Positions 39,777-51,052 of a DNA stretch of 64,000 bases are shown here, piece by piece. Both the position numbers and the translations under genes were made by a program. The stretch's first letter is position 1; each line of letters opens with the position of its first letter. The notes under the pieces are model-generated. The model was not told where the DNA came from. It did not search any database and worked only from the letters and a program-made list of their open reading frames with translations. Origin of the DNA: Cirrosporium novae-zelandiae (Eukaryota); assembly GCA_026023565.1 (NCBI GenBank), contig JAPETS010000003.1, positions 434,001-498,000 of the forward strand, in the 5' to 3' direction.

Positions 39777-40854
39777 CGCGTGGGTTAGTTTAACAGAGTT
39801 TTCAGCTCGATGAACGAAAGAAGAATTAAGAGGCGGGGTAAATCCTAATAACATTCTAGCCGGTTGGTTGGTAGGGTAGTACCTTGCCAGACAATACCAA
39901 GGAAAACCGTACATCAATAGCTTCTAGACACGCAAAAGCTGATTCGGTATTCCTATAGGGGCTTAATGTAACCTACCTAGAGCTGGATAACGGCCGGGAC
40001 ACGTAGGAGTAAGTCACTTTAACTAAAAATTGGTTGATGCTATCTCTGACCTCTTATGCTAAGGACTAAATTTTGATGAAATAACCAATTCCCAGTCGAT
40101 GTCCAACTCTGAGCCAGGTACGCTAGTACATCTAATGACAGGACTCAAGGCTCTAAACGCCCCATACTACTTGATTAAAATGTCGACGAAACAGTCAAAC
40201 AAACAATCACAATTGAGGAATTTGCTGTATTAGAGTTTGTCCAGGTTCAGCTATTATATTTTGCGATCGAATAATCTAAGCCTCCGTAAATAAAAGACTT
40301 GAGATAATTTTTAAAACAGAAGCAGCGATTTATATATATTACTTGTGGTTAGTAGAGGAAAAGAAAAAGGCTCTATGAACTAGAATTGAAATTGGAATGG
40401 CTGGCTTAGAGGCAAAATAAATATATCAAAACTGGAAATTGATTGAATACAAATAAGAACAATAGTGATAACCATAAACACTAGTAATAAAAATACATCA
40501 TCCATGCATACCATAAATCTTTCAGATATAAACTGAACTGAAGTTGTCCCAATTCCAAACATCGCGTTTGTTGCCGTTGCTAGATGATAAAAGCACTACC
40601 AAGTAAAACAATATTCGGCCTGGAATTATCTGATATTCCAAGCCAAAGAAAATTCATAAATCGTGACAGAAAGTATTTCCCGACGGAAGACTCCTACCTT
40701 AAGTTAAACATTGCACAAAATAAACTTGAAACGTTGACCCACTCAAGACTTTTTCTGCGTACAGTGGGTTAATGAAGAAGTAGAGCTAAGAAACAGACTA
40801 GCTATCGTAGTATTCTTGCCCTTTAAGTTTCCAGTGATCCCTTTGACATGTAAT

Positions 40855-42075
40855 CTAGCACTTTTCAGCCTGCATTGAATTAATTAACGCCATTTCTTTC
40901 TTTTTGACCTGGGGATCATCGATATATTTTCGAGTGGCTTTATTGACGGCGGCCGTGCCATAAGCGTCATTAAGAGATGTCTTGTCTAGTGCAGTAGAAA
41001 GGGCAAAGCGATAGTACAAGTCTGGTCCTTGGGGGTACCTTTCCTTTAGTAGCTTGGTAATATCAGTTTGAAACTGATCTTCCATTTGTCTAAAGCTATC
41101 GGTGGTGGTAGAGGGTAAAGGATTATCTGTAGAATATGTATGGTCACAACTTTGGAGCATCGGATTATCGGATGTTGTCGGTGAACTTCTATTATTTTGG
41201 TGAGGGGCTCCAGCGTGTCGAATAGATAACCAATTAGGGCTGGTTGGCCTGGGAATTTTTCGAGATAGCCTCTTGCAGCTAACATTGATAGGCAATCCAG
41301 GTCCAATATTTACGACAACTGAAAGAGGTACATTGTGCCCAAATAGATTCCATACCTCATTTAAGGCAAGGCGTGTTATATTATGAGGATTGGGGAATCT
41401 ATCAGAGAAGGTGATTTTTCTGGTATTTGTGTCTCGAATCTTCCAAGGACGAGAGAGATGCTTTATTGCACTGGTTGCAGCAAAGGCACTCGAGATATTT
41501 TCTTTGAGTGGATTAGGTCCTGGAAGGAGATTTGAGGATTCAAGGGTGGGGTAGGTTCGGAAAAGCCAATAATTAGGGTTGGGACCATTGGAGCGTATCT
41601 GAGGGGCGGCAACAAATACATATCGACACTGTGCTGGACACTGATCAAGCAAAGTCTTTCCAGTTTCGTACTTGTCCGTTAGATAGTCAACTTGGCCAAC
41701 AAGAAGGTCCGGATCAAAATGCGAATGTTTTAGTTTCATACACAACTTCTCTCTCATCGTCGTCGGAACGATGTAGTGGGCCAGCTGCAAGTATTCAGTC
41801 AAGCAGGCAGTGATATCGAGGTGAAAACGGCCAAGAAGAAGTGCAAGCCAGCCGCCGGTGCCAATTCCGGCAATAACATCAAAAAAATCACAAGGTCTTG
41901 GACGTTGTTTGGGATTTCCACTATGTTTGGCGATTTCATCAAGGATATCACCGAGAATCAAGAGTGTGGAAATAGCTTGCAGTCCACCGCCATCGAGGGT
42001 TAGAATTCTGAGAGGCTGAGACCGTTGCGTTGCTGCCGACGGTGCCGACCCGTGACGTTGAATTTGAGTTGTCAT
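40855..42075 (-). CDS. Patatin-like phospholipase domain protein, predicted catalytically inactive, intronless, 406 aa
   Basis: LRILTLDGGGLQAIS, RPCDFFDVIAGIGTGG (Gly where GxSxG has Ser), AATSA, no DGG motif (FSDRFPNPHN), VVVNIGPG, YYRF. Confidence 0.88.
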   Translation of the reverse strand: MTTQIQRHGSAPSAATQRSQPLRILTLDGGGLQAISTLLILGDILDEIAKHSGNPKQRPRPCDFFDVIAGIGTGGWLALLLGRFHLDITACLTEYLQLAHYIVPTTMREKLCMKLKHSHFDPDLLVGQVDYLTDKYETGKTLLDQCPAQCRYVFVAAPQIRSNGPNPNYWLFRTYPTLESSNLLPGPNPLKENISSAFAATSAIKHLSRPWKIRDTNTRKITFSDRFPNPHNITRLALNEVWNLFGHNVPLSVVVNIGPGLPINVSCKRLSRKIPRPTSPNWLSIRHAGAPHQNNRSSPTTSDNPMLQSCDHTYSTDNPLPSTTTDSFRQMEDQFQTDITKLLKERYPQGPDLYYRFALSTALDKTSLNDAYGTAAVNKATRKYIDDPQVKKKEMALINSMQAEKC

Positions 42076-42953
42076 TTAAAGTCTAATTATGCTTTAACCA
42101 GAATTTCGGAGCGCTAGTCTGGTAAAGATATCGATGGTATAATCTTAAATATGAGATAGTCTGCTCAGTGAAAAACAAAGTGTATAACAGAGTGCGAGCA
42201 TGAGTCTCTTTCTTTGGGAACTGCAATTATTAAACCTTTTTTGGTTCTGCGAGGATAAGGCTTCAGCCGTTAAGCTGAGACCGATACAAGTCGAGATTAT
42301 TATACTCGTAAGTGGTTGAGAACATGACCCTGGCATTATGACCACACCTTGATGTAGGTAACTATAGACTAACCATTTAGGCCATATAAGCAATAGATAT
42401 TAAGTTATCCCTTAGAGTACTTGTATTCAGATTATTAAGTACTATATACAGACCATGGCCTGAGCCCCAACAACTACCCCTCACTATAGTTGAATTTATG
42501 AATAGAAGGATCTCCTAAACTGGCCCCAAAGGTCTATTGCTAGTAGGGATGTCATGTAAGGATTCTAATAAATCAGATCAGATCCCTGTTTTCAGGCAGA
42601 ACAAGGTATCAATTTCGTTGCTGAATTATTAAGCTTCAATATTCGAACCCTTGGTTCCATTATGCTTATCATCGCTTATAATTTCAAAAGTAAGATAAGA
42701 GCATTGCGAGGCACCACCTGAGGTTTCACCTAGCTTCGGGGTAAACCGGTCACGTAACAATTATTTCCTATTCAGCTATTCTCAGAATTACGAGGTTTAT
42801 AAAGCTGACCAGTAAGAGCACTATATTGTATTGACTTAAGTGTTGTATTCTTCTAATCTATAGTGATTTGCATCGAGATGAAGAATATATTCTAGCGTCT
42901 TGGCACTCCTGGGCTTATATAGTTTGTATGACTTAACCTTAGATAAGTCAATA

Positions 42954-43003
42954 CGAGGTTGGATTCCACGAGGTTGGATTCCACGAGGCTGGATTCCACG
43001 AGG
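42954..43003. repeat. 15-bp tandem repeat (CGAGGTTGGATTCCA) x3
   Basis: Directly visible in the intergenic region between the divergent patatin genes. Confidence 0.85.
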
Positions 43004-43418
43004 CACATCGAAACTGCAACCTCTAGTCAAGGCTAGTCATGTGCGATACATATACTGCAAAGTACCAAATATTTAATTTTTAAGTGACCGGTATGACCGA
43101 GATGGCTGAAAGGAACAAGGAAAGCATTTTTCTAATCTGGGCCTTTCGGGGATCTTCTTTATTGTTATTCAAGGCCCGGGGTAAGTTGTATGTTTGAATA
43201 GGCATTCATTTAATTTCCCAATATCGTGAATGCAAATTCAAATATGCGACTTACCCTAAAATTATCATCAGAACGGGTAGTTACTTTATAGCCTACCGAT
43301 TATGGAAACTGCACAGTAGACATTGTTGCCTTATAACGCTCAAAGAGATCTCCCCCTTGGGTATAAATTCCAACTACATTGTTATTCTAGGTCGAAAATC
43401 TGTTTCTTGAACGTTGCG

Positions 43419-44795
43419 ATGAATAATTCTCCTGAACTAGACCATCTCAATGTACTTGTTCTTGGTATGTGTATATCTTATTATTTCTATAGCTAGCTGA
43501 CTTTTTAGATGGAGGTGGTGTACGTGGTCTGTCCTCTTTGCTTATCCTCGAAGATCTTATTCGCCGTATCAATGAAAATATCAGAAGTAAGACTGGATTG
43601 ATGATCGATGACCTAAAGCCACATCAGGTCTTTGATCTTGTGGTTGGAACAAGTACAGGAGGGTAAGATGATTTCACCGGCACTCTATTATCAAAAAATC
43701 AGGTCAAGCTTATATTTTTGATGGATCATATTATAGACTTATCGCGATAATGATTGGAAAGCTGGGTTTGAGTGCCAAAGAATGTATAAATCAGTACCGT
43801 AACTTATCAAAGGAAGTTTTTGGGAGATATCACTTAAGAGGCAAGCTTAGTATGGGAGTGTTCAAGCCCCGATACTCCGGAGAATGTTTGCGGGATTGTG
43901 TCAAGAGACTGTTGCGAACGCATGATCTGCCTGAAAACTTCCAGATGAGGAGTAGCAAGGAAACTAGCAACCAGGACTCAACTACTGCTTGGTAGGTACT
44001 GACGGCATCTTTCCTTTTTGGTTTTGTGGCTTATATTTTGTCAGTGCCGTGGTCTGTCGAAGGCGAGACTCTAGATATTCTCCACTGGTTAAAGATGCAG
44101 TCTTCATATGCAGCCTAAAGTGTCTAAATTCGCCAAATTCCCTAGATTGCGGAGTTTGCGATGCTGCACGAGCTACTTCTGCTGCGCCAACTTACTTTCC
44201 TCCCATCAAAATAGGAAACAGATATTTTATCGACGGTGCAGTAGAATACAACAACCCGTCTTTTGCTCTATTTCAACACTATCGTTCATCTTTACCGCCA
44301 GATGTTAAGCAGAATCGGCGAGAGACCCATACCTCGGATCTGAATTTCCAACGTATTCGTATGGTTAATCTAGGTACTGGAAATGAGCCTCAAAGAGACG
44401 AACAGATGCTGGCTATCACCAGCCGTTCAATAGTCAAGCGATTGCGGCTTTTTCGTTCAATTCGAGATGCTGTTGTTAATGGAAAGGATGCAATCAAGAT
44501 TGCCACCACCTCTCAAACCCAGGCAGAATTCATGGAAACCTTGTCCCAGGCAAACGAAAGCAATGGTGATATCAAATACTATAGGTTAAGTGATAACACT
44601 GGTGTTTGTTACATCAAACTGGATGACTACAAAAAACTGGATGACATCCAGAACTCGACATTACAGTACCTGAACAATCATGATACAGTCGACCGCTTAG
44701 AAAGAATAGCCAATGAAATTACAGAAAGCCATATTAACAAAATGGTTCCGAACCAACCCCAAAGCCAGATAGAAAAACCCAGGAACGAGACCTAG
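43419..44795 (+). CDS. Patatin-like phospholipase with intact catalytic motifs, 4 exons, about 401 aa
   Basis: Exons 43419-43464, 43509-43662, 43737-43991 and 44045-44795 total 1206 nt in frame. They encode LNVLVLDGGGVRGLSSL, FDLVVGTSTGGL, ARATSAAPTYF, FIDGAVEYNNP, VNLGTG, YYRL. Confidence 0.9.
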
Positions 44796-45768
44796 CAGCT
44801 CGACATAGATTAGAAAATCAGGGCTCCGTTACCCCAAAGACAGAATTAGAATAGTGATTTAACGACGCCTAGGATATAGTGAATATCTAGGTGTGACTGT
44901 GTGGATAATGTATTGGTTGAAGATCTAAACTAAGGTGGAAAGGCTCACCTTATAAGGTGAGCCTAGGGTACGAACCCTAATGGTCTAGCCTAATAGGGAA
45001 CCGTAACAAGTGACCTTGAGGAGGCCTTTAATCAAAGTCAGTTTTTATATATTCATAATGAGTTTATTTTTTAGAGCTTTGGGGAGGGCCTCCAATTAAA
45101 TTATTACTGATTTCGTCTTTGGGTTTGGCTACTTTTATTTCTACTGGCCGAAAGTAGTATTGCATATTATATTGAGCATAGTACTTCTATCTATTACACA
45201 ATCTCCCCTCACGTGTGACGTTCTACTTCTAGCGCCTCGTACGTCTTCATGAAACTCCCCTATAAACCCCCACCTTCCGTAACACAATGGATTGTTCCTA
45301 CAATTTCTAATTCCCAGCTACCGTTATAAGGACGAAGGGATGTGTTTAAGTCGGAAACACAGAAGTGTAGAAAACTGAAGGTCAATTTTCAAGGTAGAAG
45401 CTGACTATATAACAAGCGAGGCCCTTAGGGCATTACAATAGTGTGGTGGAGCGGGTCTGCATGTTCATGGAGTGTACGAACTTTCAGGATTTAGGCCTAG
45501 GGGAGAACTCGATTAGTAGACTAAGGCTTCTGCTCATAATGTTCGTAGGCGTACGAATATAGATAATTCGTAGATAATGGTTTCAATTAATAAATAAATA
45601 AATAATTGGTCAATCTAGAATAATAAAAGGATGGATCTCGATCATACTTCATCACTCGCTCGCTTTTTATACCCAAACAAAAGCAAATATCACTTTTTAG
45701 GGTGAGACTATATGCAGCAAAGTAGGGTTGCGACCTACTCTGCCATAATAGTTTGCTTACTTCACTGC

Positions 45769-45884
45769 CAGTCGAAAAGGAGCAGACCAGACCAGACCAG
45801 ACCAGACCTATACCAACCACCGTGAACATTCACAGTAGCCACGTTAAACCAATCTAGTCTAGTCCGGTTTCTCTTCCTCTCTTG
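45769..45884. mobile_element. Degenerate copy of the AGACC-repeat MITE family
   Basis: CAGTCGAAAAGGAGC(AGACC)4 at the left end, a decayed inverse at the right end, and internal CGTGAACAT shared with the 53808 copy. Confidence 0.55.
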
Positions 45885-46024
45885 AAAAGGAGAAACAAAT
45901 ATTCCATAAACAGACTAGCCTGCCTATCTACTCATCTCCACATACATACATAAATGCTATGAAAGAGTAGATACCCTCGAGAGATATTTTGCAAATACCA
46001 CTAGAGGGTTGTGCCCTAAGCAGC

Positions 46025-46088
46025 CAGCGTTGTGAATAGGCCAGACCGACCCCCTCGGTCTGGTCAGTCTGGTCTATTTGTTACAGCG
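46025..46088. mobile_element. Minimal degenerate AGACC-family MITE (hairpin)
   Basis: GAATAGGCCAGACCGACC...GGTCAGTCTGGTCTATTT inverted arrangement. Confidence 0.5.
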
Positions 46089-46637
46089 AGCCAAGCCGTC
46101 ATATTATCGAACTGACGGTTCGATTTACTGTAATGTTTTTACACTCGTTGGCGCAATTGGGGTTGGTTAAACCTAATGCCTTGCCCTTAACACTGCCCCT
46201 TTTACCGTTGCGTAAAATATAACACAAACATACAGCCGCAGATAGAGTCTGTAGTAATACACAAGACTAAAAACAGGCTTTCCCTCTTCCTTCCTTGGCC
46301 CCTTTACTTCCAATCAGGGTTCCCTTTCCTCCTCTTTATGACGTGCTTCCTCGCACTCTTTACTATAGTAAAGGGTAAAGATAAACCAGGTTGGTAGGCG
46401 CTTTGGCGCTTAAACCCTTAAAGAGTGAACAATAAAAGATCGTAATAGAATATTTTTTAATGAAATCATCGATTTACCTACATAGACCTCCGAGGAAGCC
46501 CTTACATCCCTGTCTGCATTTCCAAAGCATACTCCCCAACCCAATTCTCTATGGGCCGCTTATTCGTGATAGTGGAAAAGTTTTGAAAACAAGAAAAGGG
46601 GTCTTCGCGGCGAAAGGAATAGATTAAACCAAATATA

Positions 46638-46705
46638 TAGTAAGGATGTAGACGGACTAGACCGAGGGAGGGTGGTCTGGTCGGTCTGGTCTATTCCTTT
46701 TGTTG
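46638..46705. mobile_element. Degenerate AGACC-family MITE
   Basis: GACTAGACCGAGGGAGGGTGGTCTGGTCGGTCTGGTCTATTCC is nearly the reverse complement of 47364-47410. Confidence 0.6.
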
Positions 46706-47355
46706 GGTGTTTGGGTTTTTTTGTATTTGGGATTGGTGGAGAAAGGGGAGGATGGGGGTGGAGGTAAAGGAAAGGGATATCAGCTATCAAGGGGGCGATG
46801 ATACTGGTGGAAAGATTTTTTGTGGGGATCAATTGAGATTCACCCATTCGAGTGGAAGTGAGTTGACAACGAGAAAAAAACAAAACAAAAGTTGAGTATA
46901 ATAAAAGAACAGTGCCTTAGACCATAATTAATAAAACAGAAAAAAAATTGAAAGATATTTTTGTGCTCTTTTTTCCCCTTATCTATCCACATATGAAGTT
47001 CGAAGCAAACAAGCTTTAAAGGAGGACGTATTCTAGATAACATCTTGGATCATATCATATATCCCTTAGAAGAACTATCTTCTGGAAGATGATCGTTGTT
47101 GCAAGGCCATGTTTTCATATTCTGGGAGGCCAGAATCTCGTTAATTGATATTATAGGCTTGCAATATAAACAAAAGGTAGTCGCCACAGCAACGGGGATT
47201 TGGTTAAAAATTCCTTGTTCCTTATTCGACCAACAAATCTATTGTAAAAGAAGTAAGCCTGAAGAACATACTCACCACTTCCCTCTCGCCTCGGTTTGAG
47301 GGAACCCCCCCTCCCTATTTTATAAGAGAAAGGTATTATGTTCGTTATAGCCAAA

Positions 47356-47453
47356 CAAGGGAAGGGAATTGACCAAACCGACCAGACCACCCTCCTCAGT
47401 TTAGCCGGTCAGGGCTAGATCGTTCATTTGGTCTGGCCTATTTCCCTTCACTG
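47356..47453. mobile_element. AGACC-family MITE, 98 bp, with 8-bp TSD (7/8 match)
   Basis: Ends CAAGGGAAGGGAATTGACC / GGCCTATTTCCCTTCACTG, flanked by TAGCCAAA and TATCCAAA. Confidence 0.75.
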
Positions 47454-48784
47454 TATCCAAAAGGCGACATATGGACAATGAAAATGAGCAATCATCATAA
47501 AGGAAAAGGCCCCTTACGGATAATACCGCCGGGAGCATGACCCTCTTCAACCTTGTTTGCCTATCCCCTAACAGAAGGCACTAAACGTGGCCATTCCACC
47601 ACAATATGATTCCACAACTTGATGAGATCAAGACGCCAAGTCGCATGATAGCCGCCTAGGCGAAACTTGGCATATATATATTATATGCAGCCAAGTATTT
47701 TAACGAAAAGGCTGTATTTTGAATAAGGGAAAATCATGATATAGGAGTAGACGTGTAGAGTTTACTTGGAATCTTTGTTTGGGGGGGTGAGAGTTTGTGA
47801 GCCTCGAAGTCTGGATGGAAGGTGTGTTCAATTGTCAACGAGTAGAGTGGTTATATGGAAAAAAACCTAGAATAATGGGCTTTTTTAGATTTGCTTGTTT
47901 TTTGGTACCAAGCCTTGGCGGAAGTACTTGGCAGAGGTCTTGTGATACAGATATAAAACTCCTTAGCCGGAGTAAGGGAGGGGGGGTGATTCTAAATTAT
48001 CGTTTTTTGTACCACTGTTTGTTACGAAGGGCATGCTTCTCTCGAATGGTGATTCGTTTTTCAAAGGTCCAAGGCGTTGCAGAATAAAAGTCCTAAGGCC
48101 TAGAGTTATGCTTCTTCAACCTCAGATAAAAACGTATAATTGATCGAATGATTCCTTGCTATCCGACGAAGCTGGCACGGCTGCACGGGTGCCTCAGTAG
48201 AAGTTCTAGGGCAATATTTAATAGAAGTCTCTGTAGAATTTTCAAGGGGGGCTTCAGTTAGGGCTTCGGCAAAGGCTTTAATCAATAATTTGGTCAATGT
48301 CTCAGGCTGCATTTCAATAAAAAGTGCACAAAGACAAGCTTTTCGTTTCAATTTTAAAATGGCTTGAGCCTCCTAATACCTGTAGATGGTACTGGCATTG
48401 GGAAGAGATCAAACTGGTCAGATCAATACTCTCAGTCTGGTCAGTTTATAAGAATTAAGAGCTTGATCTAGCCTCCTGGGCGGACCACCTATATTAGCCC
48501 AGTCAGTAAAATGATAATACAAGGGCATGATTAATCGGTTAATTATACATTCTTTAAACCAGGGTCTTGGCGAAGATTTGGTAGTGATCTCCACTAGAGC
48601 TCAGAGCCTCACCAGTAGCATTTGAGCTAGATATGTGGCATTCTGTTGCTCCTTCTCTTAAACTGCTTAGCTCTTCCTAATGGGATAATATAAAAATTGT
48701 ATATGGAAGGAAGTCGAGGCCAAACTTGGGCGTTTAGGGTGTTCAGGAATGTAACTGAATAGAGTGGCTAGTGCGAGCCTCACA

Positions 48785-49084
48785 ATATTCCGAAACTCCG
48801 AGCTCCGATATCCTCCCACTTCAACACCATGAAAATTCCTTCCCCCACTATAAAATTAGTATATATTTAGCCAAAATACTCAGTAGACCTTAAGTAACCA
48901 ATGTCTAATGGGTCTATAAAAGGGTTGAGGTAGTAACCTAGTCACGTGATATACACTATTTAATTAGCCATTTCCACACAAAAAATCTATAAGCTTGTAC
49001 CATTTGTTCCAACCAAACAAAGCTCGGTCTGATCGATCCAAGGTCTATAGACCATCTATTTGATTTGATCTATTGCTGACACTG
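48785..49084 (-). mobile_element. Decayed inverted copy of the 38288 element end
   Basis: AAAGCTCGGTCTGATCGATCCAAGGTCTATAGACCATCTATTTG...CTATTGCTGACACTG aligns to the reverse complement of 38288-38355. Similarity continues at CCCCCACTATAAAATT..TAGACCTT. Confidence 0.7.
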
Positions 49085-51052
49085 ATGGTTGCGGAAGGAT
49101 ACATTACTAGAATGGTTCAAGGACAGCTGGAAGGACAGCCGCAAAGCTAGACAGAAGAAATCAGGAATAAGGTGTAGCAATTTGATATAAATTTACGCAG
49201 GCTCTATTCCCTTATCGAATCTAATTCCAATCTCATTGTGGAGGTGGCTTTCGATTGCGTATGACTGTCAGAGGTGCCAAACTGCATTCTCGGTATTCTT
49301 CGGTGAAGGCCATGCTCTGGGAAACTTAGGCTGCTCTAGAAAGTTAAGCCAAATAACTTCCACACAGCTGAATATTGTTGATGGTTTTCAGGGTGATAAT
49401 TTAGCGCAATGAGTTTATATTCACCGTATATCAACCCATCGATCATAGTTTAAACAGATTAACGGGAGGCCTTGTACCTGAGCTGCATCGAATAAAGACC
49501 GCTATACTTTCCGAGACCCTCTGCAGTCCTGCAACACAGCAGCCACAACCTGATTGTTGTATTTGACTTTCATGATCAGATGTACTGTACAGTACAGTAC
49601 ATCAGGGGAATTATCTTAAAGATAGATAAGCATCTTTTACGAATGCCTCTACTTCCAGATTCTGTGGTTCACTTGGAAGTTTCCATTTTAAAGGCTAAGA
49701 TCAAGACGCGTCGCATCTAATATAATCATCCCTCAGCTCTGCTGTTGTCTACCCAATCATTTCGAGATAAGCTGAGATTATTTTTCTTGTCTAGAGATGA
49801 TGCTCTGTAATCAGACTTGGTAGGAAACAACACATTTTTTTGCCTATTCATCGAAGACTCTATAGCATTATCCATCTCGAGACACCTGCAGAAGGTGTAG
49901 ATGGTTTTGGGAATGCTTCTAGATGATGTCTCATATTATGGGTGAGGTACCACCGCAGCGTGTTCGAAAGCCACATAGGTGGTAGGAATGTGATCGAAAG
50001 TTGAGGTTACAGACAAGAAGCGGGGTGTTGACAAGGATACCTACATATATGTAAGACATGAGAGTCAGTGCTGTAGTTCCAGGATGTGGGCATTTGCTGT
50101 GGTACCCATTTCTCCAGTTTCTCCAATTCCTCCAACTTCTTCAATTTCTCCCATAGGCGCCAGGAATGAATGTCGAGTAAGTCAACCAAGTCATAGCAAA
50201 TCGGGGACTTTTTTTCATGGTTCATCATTACCAAGGATAGAAAGCCATTGATGACCGTTCTTGTTCTGTATGCCGAAGGGCAGCGTGGATTAATTAGCTA
50301 TTTCAGCTCCGTGTGTTAATGTGATAGGTGGAACGAAGGAATGGAATGCTGGAGGGGTTAAAGTTGAATCAAAGTTAATGATAGGCTTGAATGGCTTTGA
50401 ATGGGGGCTACCACAAGCCAATGTGGGGCTATGAGTTGGGGCCAGGCAAAGCCAAGAAGGCCGGTTAGATAAAGCTTTCCTATTTCTGGCTATTCCTAAC
50501 AAACCAAAATTCTTCTTTTTTCCAGCAACAAAATAAATAACAAAATGCCCAGACGCCCAGGTGCCCAGGTTCCCTTATTTCCAAAACTGAAAATACCGTA
50601 AAAATCATATTTCATGACCTTTGTTTTTTTGGTATCGATTAAAGTCTGACTTGTGGCTGAATCAACCAGTCACCGGTAATTTCAGACATTCACCATGACC
50701 TTATCAAGTATCGGTGTAGTCCTGTGCAGTCCTGTGCCTCCTCAACTGAGGCTGGAGCTGTATCGTTTATACCAAAAACCTGTATGTAACTTTGAATATG
50801 TATAGATATCCATAGATAGTTGCAAGCAAGAGGCTATGCTTACAGCCAACTAGTCGATAATTGTCTCCTCATCTTTCCCTGCTGGACCTGACCAGGATTC
50901 AACCACCAAACACCAAAGACTTATCATCTTTTCTTCAGCTATTCCCCAGTCTCTCCTCCGCTTCTTTTTTTCTTTTAGACTGCAAGGTCCTTTGCTCCAA
51001 CCCACCCTCCTCTTCATAATAAATTCCCTTGCACGCGCAAGGCTCGTTCACC

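Noticed and set aside
50007..50234. ORF with EKLKKLEELEKLEK
   Set aside because: It derives from a short degenerate 9-bp repeat and has no other coding evidence.
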